Below, one piece after another: positions 1 through 13,180 of a stretch of 64,000 nt of DNA. Each line of letters begins with the position of its first letter. The first letter of the stretch is position 1. The position numbers and the translations under genes were made by a program. The stretch is taken from the NCBI GenBank assembly GCA_964035545.1, contig OZ037769.1, forward strand, positions 11,624,633 through 11,688,632, written 5' to 3'. This DNA comes from Bugula neritina (lineage: Eukaryota; Animalia; Bryozoa). The notes under the pieces are model-generated. The model saw only the letters and a program-made list of their open reading frames with translations. It was not told the origin of the DNA and did no database searches.

Positions 1-2139
1 GGATGCTGGAATAGTGTCACCTTCTCTTGCGGAAAAACAAGAGAACGGGAATTTTGAGTCTAAGATTAAGAAAAGCTCTGATGATTTGCTAATAGCTGAA
101 TCTATCGCAGAGTGTGAGTAGAGTAGCGATTGATAATTTTAAACAAATTCTTATAGTTGATATTACTATATTGTATTAGTATTAGAAACACAGATAGTTT
201 TTTGCATATCACTTCTTCTGTACATCTTTGAATGTGCATTTCACAATATAATGAATATTATGCATTCCATAATGGATGAAAAAAAAAATATCTACTAAAA
301 ATGAGCATTTGTTTCACAGCTGGAAAAGATATTGATGACAAAAGCATAGGCCCAGTACCTGATGCTCTACTAGCTCAAAAAGAGGATGGGAAAACAGGGT
401 CACCCCTTCCTGTTAGAATTCCAGGAGATAAAGATGCTGAGGCTATGACCAGACTGAACTATGATGATCTGCTAGTAGTGAAAGCTAGCATGGAGTGTGA
501 GTCTACTCAGTTGTGTTGTATTTCTGTATGCATCTTCACTGAACTATATTTACTTACTGAACAATAGACCTCATGGAGGGTAAAGAGGTGTACTGGGGAA
601 TGCTACAGATTTTTAGCAGGGGTGCTGTGCTGTGCTGTGCTGTGCTAATCAGAATAAAAATGACAGTTTTTACTTATCTTAAGCATTAAAAGGGTCCTTG
701 AAAAATGGGCAAAGGGCCACAAGTAGTGAATAGTAGACCACATGGAGGGTCAATAAGTGTACTGGGAATGTTATAGCTCTGTAGTATGTATCCACTGCTT
801 TCAACACTATACTGATTGTTAATATAATAACCTGGCCAGGTTCCATATTCTCATCACAATGTGTCCCAATTTAATCTCTGTTTCAGTATTTCTATATAAA
901 TATTAACTATTGTAGCATTTACATCAAAGATACATCCTGTGTATGGGTCGCTAATGGTTAGAGCTCTTGTTTCTTCAATGTATAGACATGCCGGTCACCA
1001 TGATCTCTTCACCATATTCAAACAAGTAAGTTTACCAGTTTAGTTTCTGTAATACAGACTCAATTACCCTAGAAACAACAGTTGCAAAGTAACATTGTGA
1101 AACCACATTGCATCTCTAGCAATGCTGAAAGACATTCACTGGTTCCAAGCTTCGAATAAATGATTTTTCATTCGATGTTTAGAAACAGTTGCATTCAATG
1201 AAACCACATAACTACAATCATAGGTTCATGCTAACCGCAACCACAAACTCAGCCTTATGAACCTCCATTCCCATCGTCCAAAGTCATGGTAACTCGGCAA
1301 ACCCAATGTTTTTAATGGCTAACTAAATTTCTCCCAGTATAGTTACAGCAGCCATCACAATGCAACAAGCAAATACTTGTAAGCAAAGATTAACATGTCA
1401 ATAGGTGGGCTGGTCTCATAATGTGTTGGAAAAGAATTATTCCAGATCACTTAAAGAAGAAATGCTTAAAAGTTTAGTCCTTACTATCAGCATGTTGTTT
1501 TTATCATGTAGCTGAGAATAGGATTCTTTTTCACTCTCAATTTTGTCAAATTAAGCGGAATTATTTATTTTCTGTTCTCAAAAGACTATAAACCTTCAAA
1601 ACTATGCAACAGTTTGCTGCCCAGTTGATGTGAATTGACTCAAATCATTTTCTGTTGCAATATTTTGCTCGATTACTTTATGATTTTTACCCAACTTTGA
1701 TGTACTTTTAGTATGAATAGTTAACTCTGCTTGCTCCATTCTACTGCTAGATAGCTTTTATTTTAATAGAGAGGTAGTTCTCCCCTGAAAGCTATAATCT
1801 GCAACAGCAACAAGGCTTATAGTAGCACTCATATATTCCACTATGACATCATCCTTCTGTCTGAGTCTCAGAAGTTAGAATTCTGGGATATCTGACTCAT
1901 GTCACATGACTCGTAGTCACATGAGTTCAAGTCATAAACCTTTTTCTTAGAAATGTAAATTGTTGAAACTTACAGTTAATTATGATTATGTTTAGGTACA
2001 GACTAAAGTCAGGAAACTGTGCCTAGAGAAAAGGTTAGACAGTGGACAGCTGGTTGTAGCCTGGGATACTCTCACTCACATGAGAAAACTTTACCTGTTT
2101 CCTGGTTTCAATGGATACAAAAGAGATGATAACTCTTAA
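1..2139 (+). CDS. 3' end of an upstream paralog of the LRR-ROC-COR-caspase gene (linker exons L2 partial and L3, plus caspase p10 exons)
   Basis: Exons <1-113, 320-496, 916-1025 and 1996-2139 have GT/AG ends and compatible phases. They translate to ...DDLLVVKASME-SFTSKIHPVYGSLMVRALVSSMYRHAGHHDLFTIFKQ-VQTKVRK...QLVVAWDTLTHMRKLYLFPGF...*, a caspase small-subunit pattern. Collinear with 44146-47802; AATAAA at 2586. Confidence 0.85.
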
Positions 2140-2944
2140 ATATACACTGTATTATAGACTTCATTCTAGGTTCACAGATGGCAGTAGTGCACTTAGTGAA
2201 TCTATACAATTATATGCTAGTGAACATTTTATAGTATTGACTTTATAAGATTACAGATATAATTGTGTGCTATGGCAATAGTTCTCTGATGAAACTAATA
2301 GTCATTCTATATTTATTGTAATCATGCTGTATGTGTGGCACACATGTATATGTATACTGATTTCTTGGTATAATATACTGATAATTTGTATATTTTCATG
2401 TTTATGAGAACATATTCTTCATACAATGTATCTAGCTACAGCTGTCTATATTTATTATGATGCTGCATTTTACTGGAGTATGAGGTTTTAACATTCATTT
2501 TATTAGTATATAAGTTTCCATTGTATGTTTGTTCTATAGTTATGTTTGATTTCACTTAGATTCTGCATATAATCACTGCTACCTAAATAAACTGAATAAT
2601 ATCCCAGAATAAAACATTCGAACAATTTCAAGCACGCATTCTAACAAGAATAGTAAATGAGTTATTCACTTCTATACTGTTTTATACTTGATAATGATGT
2701 TGACAAGTACTATTAGTGCTTGTGGTCACATGATCAGTCAGTTTATGGTGGAAACTGGGGGTTAGGTTCACAATCCGAGAAAGTTTTGTTCTCTCCTGAT
2801 GGTTTATCTTGGGTCTAGGTCAGGGGTGTCCAACCTTTTCAGACCGAGGGCCAGTCTGCAAGTTTCAGCTTGGGCCGAGGGCCACAAATTTTTTTCTGTT
2901 TTTAAAATCAATTTTCAAGATTCATTAAACATCTGCAGGCTATA

Positions 2945-3563
2945 TGTATTATAATTATAAGCGATGGCTAGGCTTTGCATGTGTAGTAGATTTGTGGGTT
3001 ATAGAATGAAATCAGGCAGAGAACATAACTCCTTGTTATAGAAGAGACAAGAGAGAGAGAGGTTGCCGTGTGCTTGCAGTACTTTATTGTAGTAGAGAGA
3101 AGTGTCCAGTGTGAGCTCCAGTCCGCAAGTGACTGAAGCTCTAAAATGTGTGTCCTTTTATACCAGTGGAACAAAGGACTTCTAGAACCTTCTACCGACA
3201 GTGGGCCGATGTTCGGCAGAGGATACCGACATTCGTCATGTCGGTAACCGACACTGGAAATATCGGTAACCGACACTGGAAATATCGGTAACCGACATTC
3301 GGTCTGCCTGCATCCACCTGCCGAAATCGATCCAACTGTCGGTTTACATGAATCAGCAAAAATGAACCCAACCAAGTGTATGCGTATTGTAACTTATAAT
3401 TGCGGAAAGGGGATTAAATGTTTACTATGCCAAAGGCTTAATAATAGCCATAGTATTTAAGGCATTAGAAAGTTACGCCACAGACTTAGCTATAACTACA
3501 GTATTTAGAAAAATAGCCATAAGTAATGTGTCAAGGGGGATAATTCCTAATATTTACCACACA
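2945..3563 (-). repeat. 3' LTR of Gypsy 1
   Basis: Starts TG after the PPT, contains a TATAAAAG box (about 3155-3162) and AATAAA (about 3083-3088), ends CA. Its 3' half is alignable to the LTR at 32436-33177. Confidence 0.75.
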
Positions 3564-3602
3564 CACCCCCTATCAGAAAGTACACTTTTCTGATACAAAA
3601 AG

Positions 3603-3740
3603 CAGAGGGTAAATATAACAAAAGTAAAATAACGGGTCAAAGGGTAAATATAACAAAGGTAAATAACGGGTCAAAGGGTAAATATAACAAAAAGTAAAAT
3701 AACGGGCCAAAGGGTAAACATAACAAAGGTAGAATAACGG
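3603..3740. repeat. Minisatellite (about 35-37 bp, 4 copies) in the Gypsy 1 3' UTR
   Basis: Repeated AAAGGGTAAATATAACAAAAGTAAAATAACGGGTC. Confidence 0.8.
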
Positions 3741-5222
3741 CCGAGGGGCATAGGGACTAGCATAAGAATACAGGGGTAGGGCCACTGGGAGTGCAGAAAA
3801 ATAAAAAAACTTGGTTGAGGTTCAGGTTCTAGAGAAAAAATGGTATAATACTGATAAAAAAAATGGGGTAAGGAGAATAAAATAACTTTGACTGAAAGGA
3901 ATTTATGAGCACACACAAAAATATAATAACATGAAAAAAACTTAGATACTGCAACACACACTATTATTTACACACATATTTGTAATAACACAATTAAACA
4001 CACTAATATATATATTATATAAGGAAAGAAGTACGTAGTATGAGAGTCTTATATGTAATTAAGTTGCCTGCGTAGGGCCTGAATGTCCTCCTAGGTCTCC
4101 GGATCTCTCCTTCGCGGGGACTGGTATGTGCAGACTGGCGACAAGGGGGGGGGGGCAGGATGATGAGTAGAGGAGGAGTGAGACGTCGTGGTGGAGAGTC
4201 GGGAAGGTGAACATCTAGGGGGGAGGCTAGGTGGTATGTGGACTGGTGAGTTGTGGGCTCCTTCTGGTTGCGGCTGGTTCTTTCTACTGTTGTCTATCCT
4301 GGCCAGAACGACCCGTCAGTACATTCGGTAGCGCCAGTGTTCTCCGTCTTGGCCCGTCGGTGTCCATCCAGACAGCCCCACTGCCCAGGGTCACTTGCGT
4401 CTCTTCCGCAGGGAGTTGAGCTTCTACAGGTAAGGGAAGGTCTTCCAGAGCAGTGGGGGCAGACTGGGCCGGGGAGGGGGAACCCGTCGGGCTGACTTGA
4501 GCCGAGCCGGGGTTCCAGATAGAGTGAAAGTCGGGTGGAGTCGCATCGTCTACTCCAGTACCCATGTGGTCAGCTGATGACTCCGGCAGCGGGAGAACCA
4601 TATCATAAGGATCCGAGTTGAGATTTGTACGTGTCGGCGATACTGAGACTGGAGTTGAAATGACCAAACCTCGTGTCACATGTTCGGTCATATTCCACGG
4701 CGCATTTCGGTGGGGCAACTCCACGCTCTCAGTATCTGCCGATTTTCGGTACGTGATCTCAATTGTAGTATCTCTGGCAGGGTATCTAGGCCCGTAGGAA
4801 TTTGGGTTACTGCCTGTACTAGGCGAATTCTGCCCTTGTTAGGGTAGGTCCACGGGTCCTACGTGATAATCGGCTAGATACGTAGGGGGTCTTCTGCTCC
4901 TGGCCTGTCTGTCTAACTCCATAGGTGCCTCAGGCTGTGGTGGAGGTGCGATAGGGGCAGGGATCCCTGGGTCACCTCCCTTAGCCTGGGGTGCTCCTCC
5001 TGGCACCGGGGCCGGCTCTGGGGCCGGTACAACTGGTGGACCAGGTGGAGGAGGAGGTTATGGTGTCTGGTCCGGTTCCACTGGGTCCTGGACTGCAATC
5101 TCCCACTCTCTGGGCCGAGCCACCCGTCCTCGGGAGATGGGCTGGCGAGCCGGCTCGAGTAGGGGAGGAGCCTGCCCCGCAGCGTCTGGGCTGCCCTCAT
5201 AGGGTTTTAACCGCTGCTCGTT

Positions 5223-8200
5223 TTAGACTGAGACCTGCCCTGAGCGTTCCACACGGTATGTGTGGTTCGGTAAAACCTCTATGACGCAGTATGGCCCCAC
5301 GAACTTGGGCTGAAGTTTAGCCGACTGTCCGCGCCGCCTGCGGTAGCTCACCATCCATACCCAGTCTCCTACTTGGTATAGTGGTGGCTCCTCGGAGTCT
5401 TCTGTCCTCGTCTGCCACTGCTGCTCGCGCAGTGCTTCATGAGCTCGCTCCATCGTCTCGATGAGCTTCCCCACGTACTCATGTACGGGGGCCTCGGGTG
5501 CACGAACATGGTAGGTTAGGTGCTCCGGGACTCGAGTCTCTCGGCCAAGCATCAGGAAGTTTGGGGTTTCCAGGGTGCTGGAGTGTGGTGTACTGCGGTA
5601 GGCCCGCATGATTTGGGGTAGTACCACGTCCCATTCTTCCTGTCCTCGGCCCAAGAGCAGGCTTCGGAGGGCATCTCCTAACATCCGGTTGTTCCTTTCT
5701 ACGACTCCGTTCCCTTGCGGGTGATATGGGGTCGTCCGGCTTTGATTCACCCCCAATATCCGGCAGAGGTCTCCCATCAGCTGGGACTGGAACTGGGCCC
5801 CCTGGTCAGTGTGAATCTGTTCGGGAAGCCCGAAATAGCAGAATACTTGCTGATCCAGGGTCCGGGCCACGGTGGGAGCTGACGCATCTGGTATAGCCAG
5901 CGCATCAGCCCACCGAGTGAAGTGGTCCGAGAGCACCAGTATCCAGGTGTTCCCTCTGGCGGATAGCGGCATAGGTCCGACTAGATCCACGGCCACTACC
6001 TGCCACGGCCGACCAGCGTATAGCCGGCGTCGGCCCGTGGTCTCGGTAGGGCGGCCATGTTTGCTAGCCTGGCAGACCTCGCATTGCCGTATCCGCAGCC
6101 GTACGTCCCGAGTCAGTCCGGGCCAGTACCAGCGCAGTCTCAGACATCTGATGACCCGACTGGCCCCTGAGTGGGCCTGCTTGTGGGTGTCCCAGATTAT
6201 TTCTCGCCGGAGGGCACGTGGACATACGACGCGTTCCCTCTCACGGCGGTTGTCTGCTGCGAGTGTAATGGTGAGGAGGTCATCTTGGTTGACCTTGAGG
6301 GAATCCCAGCGGCTACAGAGGTGTCGGTACTCGACGTCACCTTGTTGCTGCTGTTCCTCGGTAGGTCGGCGGCCCTCCTTCTTGGCCCGGAAGATGTCAG
6401 CTACTGCCCCTGGCAGTGTCTGCTGAAGCCGGCTCAACTCCTTAACGTTTTGATACAGCGTGGGGTTGGCCCGTAAGGCGTTGACGGTGTCTGGTGGGTG
6501 TTCGGACCAAAGCTGGCCGCGTTCCCAACTATAGACGTCGTCGTCCCCCAGCTGTCTCTCCACGTCAAGGCGGGCAGGTCCTCCGTCTCGCTCCTCAATG
6601 TGCAGACACTGCTTGCAGGCCTCCTCTGGCCGTCTGCTCATCCCATCGGCATTCCCGTGCTTCTTCCCAGCACGGTGCTCGATCCTGTAGGAGAATTCCG
6701 CAAGAATCTCCAGCCATCGGGCCACCTGGCTCGAGGGCTCTGCACGCTTACACAGCCATATTAGAGACGCATGGTCGGTTCGCAACCTGAACGCTCTCCC
6801 ATACAAATATGGCCGGAAGTGCTTCACCGCCTTAACTACTGCCAGGAGCTCCTTCCTGGTGGTGCAGTAGTTTTTCTCGGCGGGGGAGAGGGTTTCGCTG
6901 TAGTAGGCGACGACCACCTCAGTCCCATCCTGGACCTGTGACAGAACAGCTCCCACGTTGTGGTCGCTGGCGTCGGTGTCCAGGATGTATTCTTTGGCTG
7001 GGTCAGGGTACGCCAAGATAGGCGCCTCTGTTAGCCGACTCTTGAGGTGGTCAAATGCCTGTTGTTCCTCCTGCGTCCACTACCACCGGACCCCTTTCGC
7101 CGTTAGCCGATTCAGTGGCTGTGCAACTCCTGCAAACCCGGGGATGTACTGCCGATAGTACCCAACCAGGCCCAGGAATGCGCGTAGCTCTGTGAGGTCT
7201 CGGGGAACAGTCCACTCTTCCACAGCCCGTACCTTCTCCGGGTCGGTAGCGACACCGTCACGGCCAACCACATGGCCCAGGTACTTCACCTCCGGCTGCA
7301 AGAGCGTGCACTTGGAGGGCTTTAGCTTCAATGCGGCGGTCCGAAGACGGTCAAAAACCTCCCGCAGACGACTGACATGAGTCGCAAAGTCTGGGGAGAT
7401 TACTATGACGTCGTCCAGGTAGATGAGCAAGGTCTTCCAGTGCAGTCCACTGAGGACCTGCTCCATGAGTCGCTGGAAGGTTGCCGGAACAGACGTTAGT
7501 CCAAATGGCAGAACCTTCCATTTCCAGAGTCCGTCGCGGGTGATGAACGCTGCTTTGTCCTGTGCATCAGGACTGAGGGGTACCTGCCAGTACCCGCTCA
7601 GCGGGTCCAAAGTACTAAAGTACTTGCTTCCCGCGAGGGCATCCAGAGACTCGTCTATCCTGGGGAGAGGGTAAGCATCCTGGATGGTGACACTGTTGAG
7701 TCTGCGGTAGTCCACGCAGAACCTCCAGGTACCAACCTTCTTCTTGACCAAGACCACGGGAGAGCTCCACGCACCGTGGGCAGGCTCAATCAGGTCTCGG
7801 TCAAGAAGGTCTTGCACTTGTCTGCTTACTTCCTTCTCCTTCTCCGGACCTAGCCGTCGTGTAGGCTGCCTGATGGGGGTGGTCCCGGCTGCCAAGGGTA
7901 TCTCATGACACACCACCTTGGTCAGCCCCATGTCTCCATCTCCGCGACTGAAGACATCACTGTAGTCTATCAGTAGTCGAGCCAGTGCTTGGCGATCGGC
8001 ACTACTACTACAGTTCCCACGGGCCCCATCATACAGGCCAGCCACGTGCTCCGGTATCGCCGTCCGTCCGGCCCGAGGGGAAGCACCTGGGGCGTCGGCC
8101 ACTGTTTCCAGTGCCGGCCCCACATCCGATTCCTGGATGGAGTGATACTTCCCCACCAGGGCGCCTGCCGATAGTTGGATCGGCTCTGTGAAAGGGTTAA

Positions 8201-8534
8201 TGCACTGTACCAGGAGTTCTCCCTGGCAGTCTAGCCGATTCAGGCTGTTTGCCAATTGGATTCCTCCTGTCACTCCTTCCACCAGTCCCAGTCCAGCTAT
8301 CCTCTTGCAGTTGACCCTGCAGCGGAGGGTAGCCTGGGACCGTCCGGGTACCGTGCAGTTGTGTACTACCTGGACGCCGCCCACTAGGGGCTGGCCGAAC
8401 TTGTCAACGCAGACAAGTTCCTTGCCAGCCATCATTAATGCAGAATTCTGGAAGTCTATGCGACACTGGTGTTTCTCCAGAAACGGCATGCCCAGAATTG
8501 CGTCCTCCTTCAGATGGCTGACAATAAAGGTCAC
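5223..8534 (-). pseudogene. pol: Gypsy pol (RT, RNase H, integrase) with premature stops
   Basis: RT YLDD; RNase H LDTDAS...ELLAV; integrase HHCC and D,D35E core (VAVDLVGP, IHTDQG, VERNN); GPY motif. ORFs 7080-8534 and 5223-7016 are in the same frame, separated by one TAG. Confidence 0.92.
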
Positions 8535-10008
8535 TTGTCACTTGTTATACCTGGGGGGCCACACAAATATAGCTGGAGGGCCGGAACCGGCCCCCCCGGG
8601 CCGCCTGTTGGGCAGCCCTGGTCTAGGTAAATGTTTCCAGCTGGGTGATGACCTGTCATCTTTGAGCACTTGGAGAAATCCAAGATGGCCACTAATATGA
8701 AAGAAACATTAATCTAGTAGGTATGAAGTCTATAGTATGCTGAACAAAATTGATTTTTTTTAGGATTCAAGTAGATGTGCAATTTTAGAATGAATATGTG
8801 CTATGCCAAGGAATAGGAATAGAAGTAAAGACCCAAGAGACATGTTGCTCAGCTCGAAAAATCTAAATTTATTCATAAAAATCACATAGTAAAAACGATA
8901 AAAGAAACTTTCAAAATTGCCTGGACAGTTACATATAGAAAAAACGTTGCTTATTGCCGGTGAATAGCAAATGAAAAAAGGATTCAGATACGCATTGTTT
9001 AGCTAAAGTTAAAATATACCATAATGTATGTAAGTAAACAAATGCCACAAATTCCGATCATGTTCAGATTATACCATTCGGTATAGAAATGCAATCGAAT
9101 TTTGAGTTTGAGAAACATACAACATCCAAAATCAAGAGTGCATATAAAATCTTTGGCTGTATATAATAAGGTAAAAAATTGCACCGTTAATAATGGCACA
9201 AGTAGCTAAGTAGGTAAAAATTGCACATTTTCAATACTAGGGCTTGGAGTGAGCTTTGGGCATTTGGACTGGGGAGGGGGGGGCTAGGTTTGGGAATGGG
9301 GGTTTGAAGTTGGGGTTCAAGGGTTGAGGGTTTGAGAAAATTTAACATCAGTTTGCCATTTTTACCTGCTTTCCATTTGTACCATTATTACTGTGCCGTT
9401 ATTACCTGTGCCACTTTTACCTAGAATAATAAAATACACCCTAACTCACCGAAAGAGAAGAAAATTTCTTGCAGATCTACTGGTCCTTGCTGATTACTCC
9501 CTGAATACGGTGATACCCTTAGGGACCCAACTGAGATAACACTTGTGATGCTATTGAGCATGTGCAATCTCAAACAGTTCGCCTTATCATAAAAATCAAG
9601 TTTAGGTGTGGAGTAATTGAAGGCCGAATGCAACCAGAGCTTAAACCACTAAAAGAAAGATTAAAGTCACACAGGTTGTCATTAATGATGAGAATACTCT
9701 TAGATGAAACCAGGCATCAAACCCTGTTATATTGGGAGGTGGAGTTTTTAGCTATTGCAACTCACCGAATGATATCATTGGGTTGTAGCCTCCAGGTGAG
9801 CTCGAGTTCAGCATACAGGCACGGATCGCTTGGCTTGGCTGCGAGGTGACTCCAGCTCCCGTCACTCTGTAGGGGTATTTGTTTGTAGGGGTATTGTCGA
9901 GTCTTTGGATTGGAGTATTTTATTTCTGTGTGTGCTCCGCCGTCGACTTCTTGGGCTAGCACTCACTCATATAGCTTAATGTATTCTGCACAATCTTCAA
10001 TTTCTTCA

Positions 10009-10011
<3 letters not shown>

Positions 10012-10090
<79 letters not shown>

Positions 10091-10138
10091 CCCCCTCTTC
10101 CCCTCTCCTTCTCTCCCTCCCTCTCTCTCTCCCTCCCT

Positions 10139-10174
<36 letters not shown>

Positions 10175-10200
10175 TCTCCCTCTCTCCCTCTCTCTCTCAT
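10012..10200. repeat. (CT)n microsatellite
   Basis: Direct inspection; it explains the spurious ER/SL-repeat ORFs. Confidence 0.97.
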
Positions 10201-10423
10201 ACACACTCCCTTTTATACTTTTCATTTTCATTCAAGCCACACATACACCACACTCACCAATATTTTATAACTATATTGCTGCAGGTCGTCAAACTCTGCT
10301 TTCTAGACAAGCAGAGATATGAATTGAAAGTAGTTATAATTTTAATCATTAATGATTTGTAATCCAAATTATAAAGAGTAAAGTCAAGCTGTTGCAATAC
10401 TAAATGTCTAATATATGTATCTA

Positions 10424-10755
10424 TGTAATAATTCTTCCAATTATTATTATTGAGAGTGGATTCTGTATGTGCAATGGTGCCTTATTCGATTAACAGTTCA
10501 AAGCAATTACTCAGCTGCTAGCGTAATAAAAGAACTATATTTGTTAAATATCCATAAAATATAAGAGAGAGACACATCCAGTATCTAAGTTACATTTATC
10601 GTCTAGTTAGAACCTACTACATTCATCAACATACTACTCCTAACTAATTACTCAGTTCTCCGTAAGCATTCTGCTCCGCAGGGGGGTAGTCACGTGCTTC
10701 AATGTCATTGGCTATTCTACACGTGAACGACGTGTACGCTTCGCTAACCACTACA
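10424..10755 (-). repeat. 3' LTR of Gypsy 2
   Basis: TGTAGTGG start directly after the GGAGGGGGGCGG PPT. Shares CACGTGA..CCCTGCG.AGCAGA..GCTT and terminal ATTGGAA...ACA motifs with 19084-19480. Confidence 0.6.
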
Positions 10756-10893
10756 CCGCCCCCCTCCAGCAGAGAGCCCACTTCCTGCCAAAAAATCAAA
10801 TTGGGGAAAGAAGCGAACCACACACACAAAAATCGATATATATATATATAAAATATACAAAGCATTTCCGATTCTAAAAACTATACCAAAAAC

Positions 10894-11283
<390 letters not shown>

Positions 11284-11500
11284 AAAGAAACATGCAGGCA
11301 ATTGTCCATATTTGCACCATATATACAACAGTTATAAGCGTATACAGCTTAATAGTCATCAGATTGTCTTTCCAGGACGAGATAGTTTGTAGAGGAGGGG
11401 TGCTACTGGCGAGGAATGCCACACAGACGTCATAGCGGGAGAGAGCACGGGGAATCACACAGATCGGGAATGTCGCTTGGAATGGAGTAGAGGCACAGTC

Positions 11501-12291
11501 TTATTCTTGAGCAGCCCGTATGAGCTGAGCAATAGACTCCTTTAGAGACCGCGACTCGCTTGCTGCAGCCGAGATCCTTGGGGCGAGTCGATGTACTTTG
11601 CGCTCTAACTCACTAGCTCGGAGCTCCACTTCACGTAAGTTACCGGCCAAGGATGAAGGACGAGGAGAAGAGGAGTGCCACTGTCACTTACGGTCTGAGG
11701 AAGGAGGAGGGGAGGACGAGCGTTTGTGGGGTCTCGTCTCGATGCGTTGCAGTAAGACTCAGGGAAGAGACTTAAAAGGAGGTATAGGTTCATTTGGATA
11801 GCATTTTACATTTGGCTTCCGGTATCTGGGTGGGGGGGGGGTTTAGTGGTAGGGCCAGGGGTGATGGGTCTGAGAACTGGAAATCCCTGTGAGAGACGCT
11901 CGAGTCGAGCTGGATTGGAGACGAAAGGCTGTATCAGGCTGAAGAACTTGGGATAAGATGCCTCATCCACATCATATAAGTTTTCCTTGAAAGAATTCAT
12001 CGTCCTCTGATGGCGAAGTATGTAGTCCCTGTGGTAGCTGAACTCTCCACAGGGACAAAAGGTGGTGACAAAGTGTTGCGGAATATGTACCCGCAGCCTG
12101 CGGTGGGTTGTAAAGTGCTGCTGACAGAGTCGACACGTGGTGCTGTCTTCATCACCCCGGTGTTGGAGGATTTCTTTCTCCGTCTCTGGCGTCGTCTAGC
12201 ACGTCTTTGACTTCAGTGCGTGTGGCAGTGTACGACTGGATTGAGTAGGTAGTTTGGGCTCAGGATTCCACATCATTTCTAAAGATGGCAT
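11501..12291 (-). pseudogene. Extra ORF downstream of Gypsy 2 pol: C2H2 zinc finger(s), Pro-rich region and coiled coil
   Basis: Manual translation gives CRLCQQHFTTHRRLRVHIPQH (C-x2-C-x12-H-x3-H) then FCPCGEFSYHRDYILRH. After one frameshift at the G-run near 11832 it reads LP*VLLQRI...NLREVELRASELERKVHRL...LKESIAQL. Three internal stops. Confidence 0.7.
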
Positions 12292-12424
12292 CCCCGGAGG
12301 AGTGGGGAACAAGTGTCATATAAAAGAGTATAGTTATTGTTAGATCGCGGCTGACCTTTACAACATAATTCTAGTGAGGATCGACTGTTACTAGTCTGAG
12401 GGTCACAAATTTTTTTATAAGGCA

Positions 12425-13180
12425 CACAGGATAGTTAAGGGCAACCTTTTAGCTGCAACTGCCTTGCTGAGGTTTGCATTGTAATCATATAAGAATTCAG
12501 TACCAGTAAAATAAAATCTCACCTAATTGTGCTAGAGTCAAAATTTAAAAACTATGTTGTAGATCTTCTTTTTCTCCAGTGTAAGTTTTTTGGAAATTTC
12601 AATTTTCATTTTTTTTGCGAAGTTATAGACAAAAAACTGCCGAATTTTGGCCAATTTTGCCTGAAAAGCTGACTTTTCAGTACCAGTAAAATATCTCAGC
12701 AGCAAAGCATGATATCTGAATAAAAATTGCACTGCTGGAATCCTAAGATATTTCTCCAGTGTAAGTTTTTTTCTTTTTTCAATAACTCTGCTAGATTGCT
12801 CATAAATTGGTGATTTATACACTGAAAATGCCATATTTTCTCATAAGAAACTAGCAGCGCGCAGCACTTCACGCTTCACTGAGCACGTAGGGATGAGAAG
12901 ATATTGGCGCCTACATAATAATTACAGGCTAGCTAGCTGGCAGGCTATAATGAATAGCTTGCTTTGTACTTTGTTTATGTAGCACCAATAATGGAATGTT
13001 GATAGATAACGCAGCCCTAACGAAGGTTGCTGCTTATTGGTTGTAGTTTAATCTTAGGCTAAACAATTACAAGTAGGCAACACGCATGCCACCCGCAGAG
13101 CAATATTATTCAAGAACCCGAACTACATTTTGAGAGAAATTTATGATATTCTTAGTGAGGATGCCCTTAACTATCCTGTG
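12425..13180. mobile_element. CMC/CACTA-like MITE, copy A
   Basis: 19-bp TIR CACAGGATAGTTAAGGGCA, 2-bp TSD CA, highly similar to 16412-17165. Confidence 0.88.

Larger units (their letters stand above)
2945..8534 (-). mobile_element. Ty3/Gypsy LTR retrotransposon 1, 5'-truncated (no gag, no 5' LTR)
   Basis: RT-RNaseH-integrase order on the - strand, polypurine tract near 3566-3572, and a 3' LTR ending ...TACA at 2945. Confidence 0.92.
2821..8620. mobile_element. Non-autonomous hAT-type DNA transposon enclosing a truncated Gypsy element
   Basis: TIRs CAGGGGTGTCCAAC / GTTGGGCAGCCCTG and an exact 8-bp TSD GTCTAGGT at 2813-2820 and 8621-8628. Confidence 0.85.

Noticed and set aside
5872-8700. 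Antisense ORFs over Gypsy pol (also over 28000-31564)
   Set aside because: Shadow frames of GC-rich pol sequence with no independent domain signal
12425-13180. Transib/RAG-like transposon because of CACAG termini
   Set aside because: The TSD is 2 bp rather than 5 bp and no transposase is present
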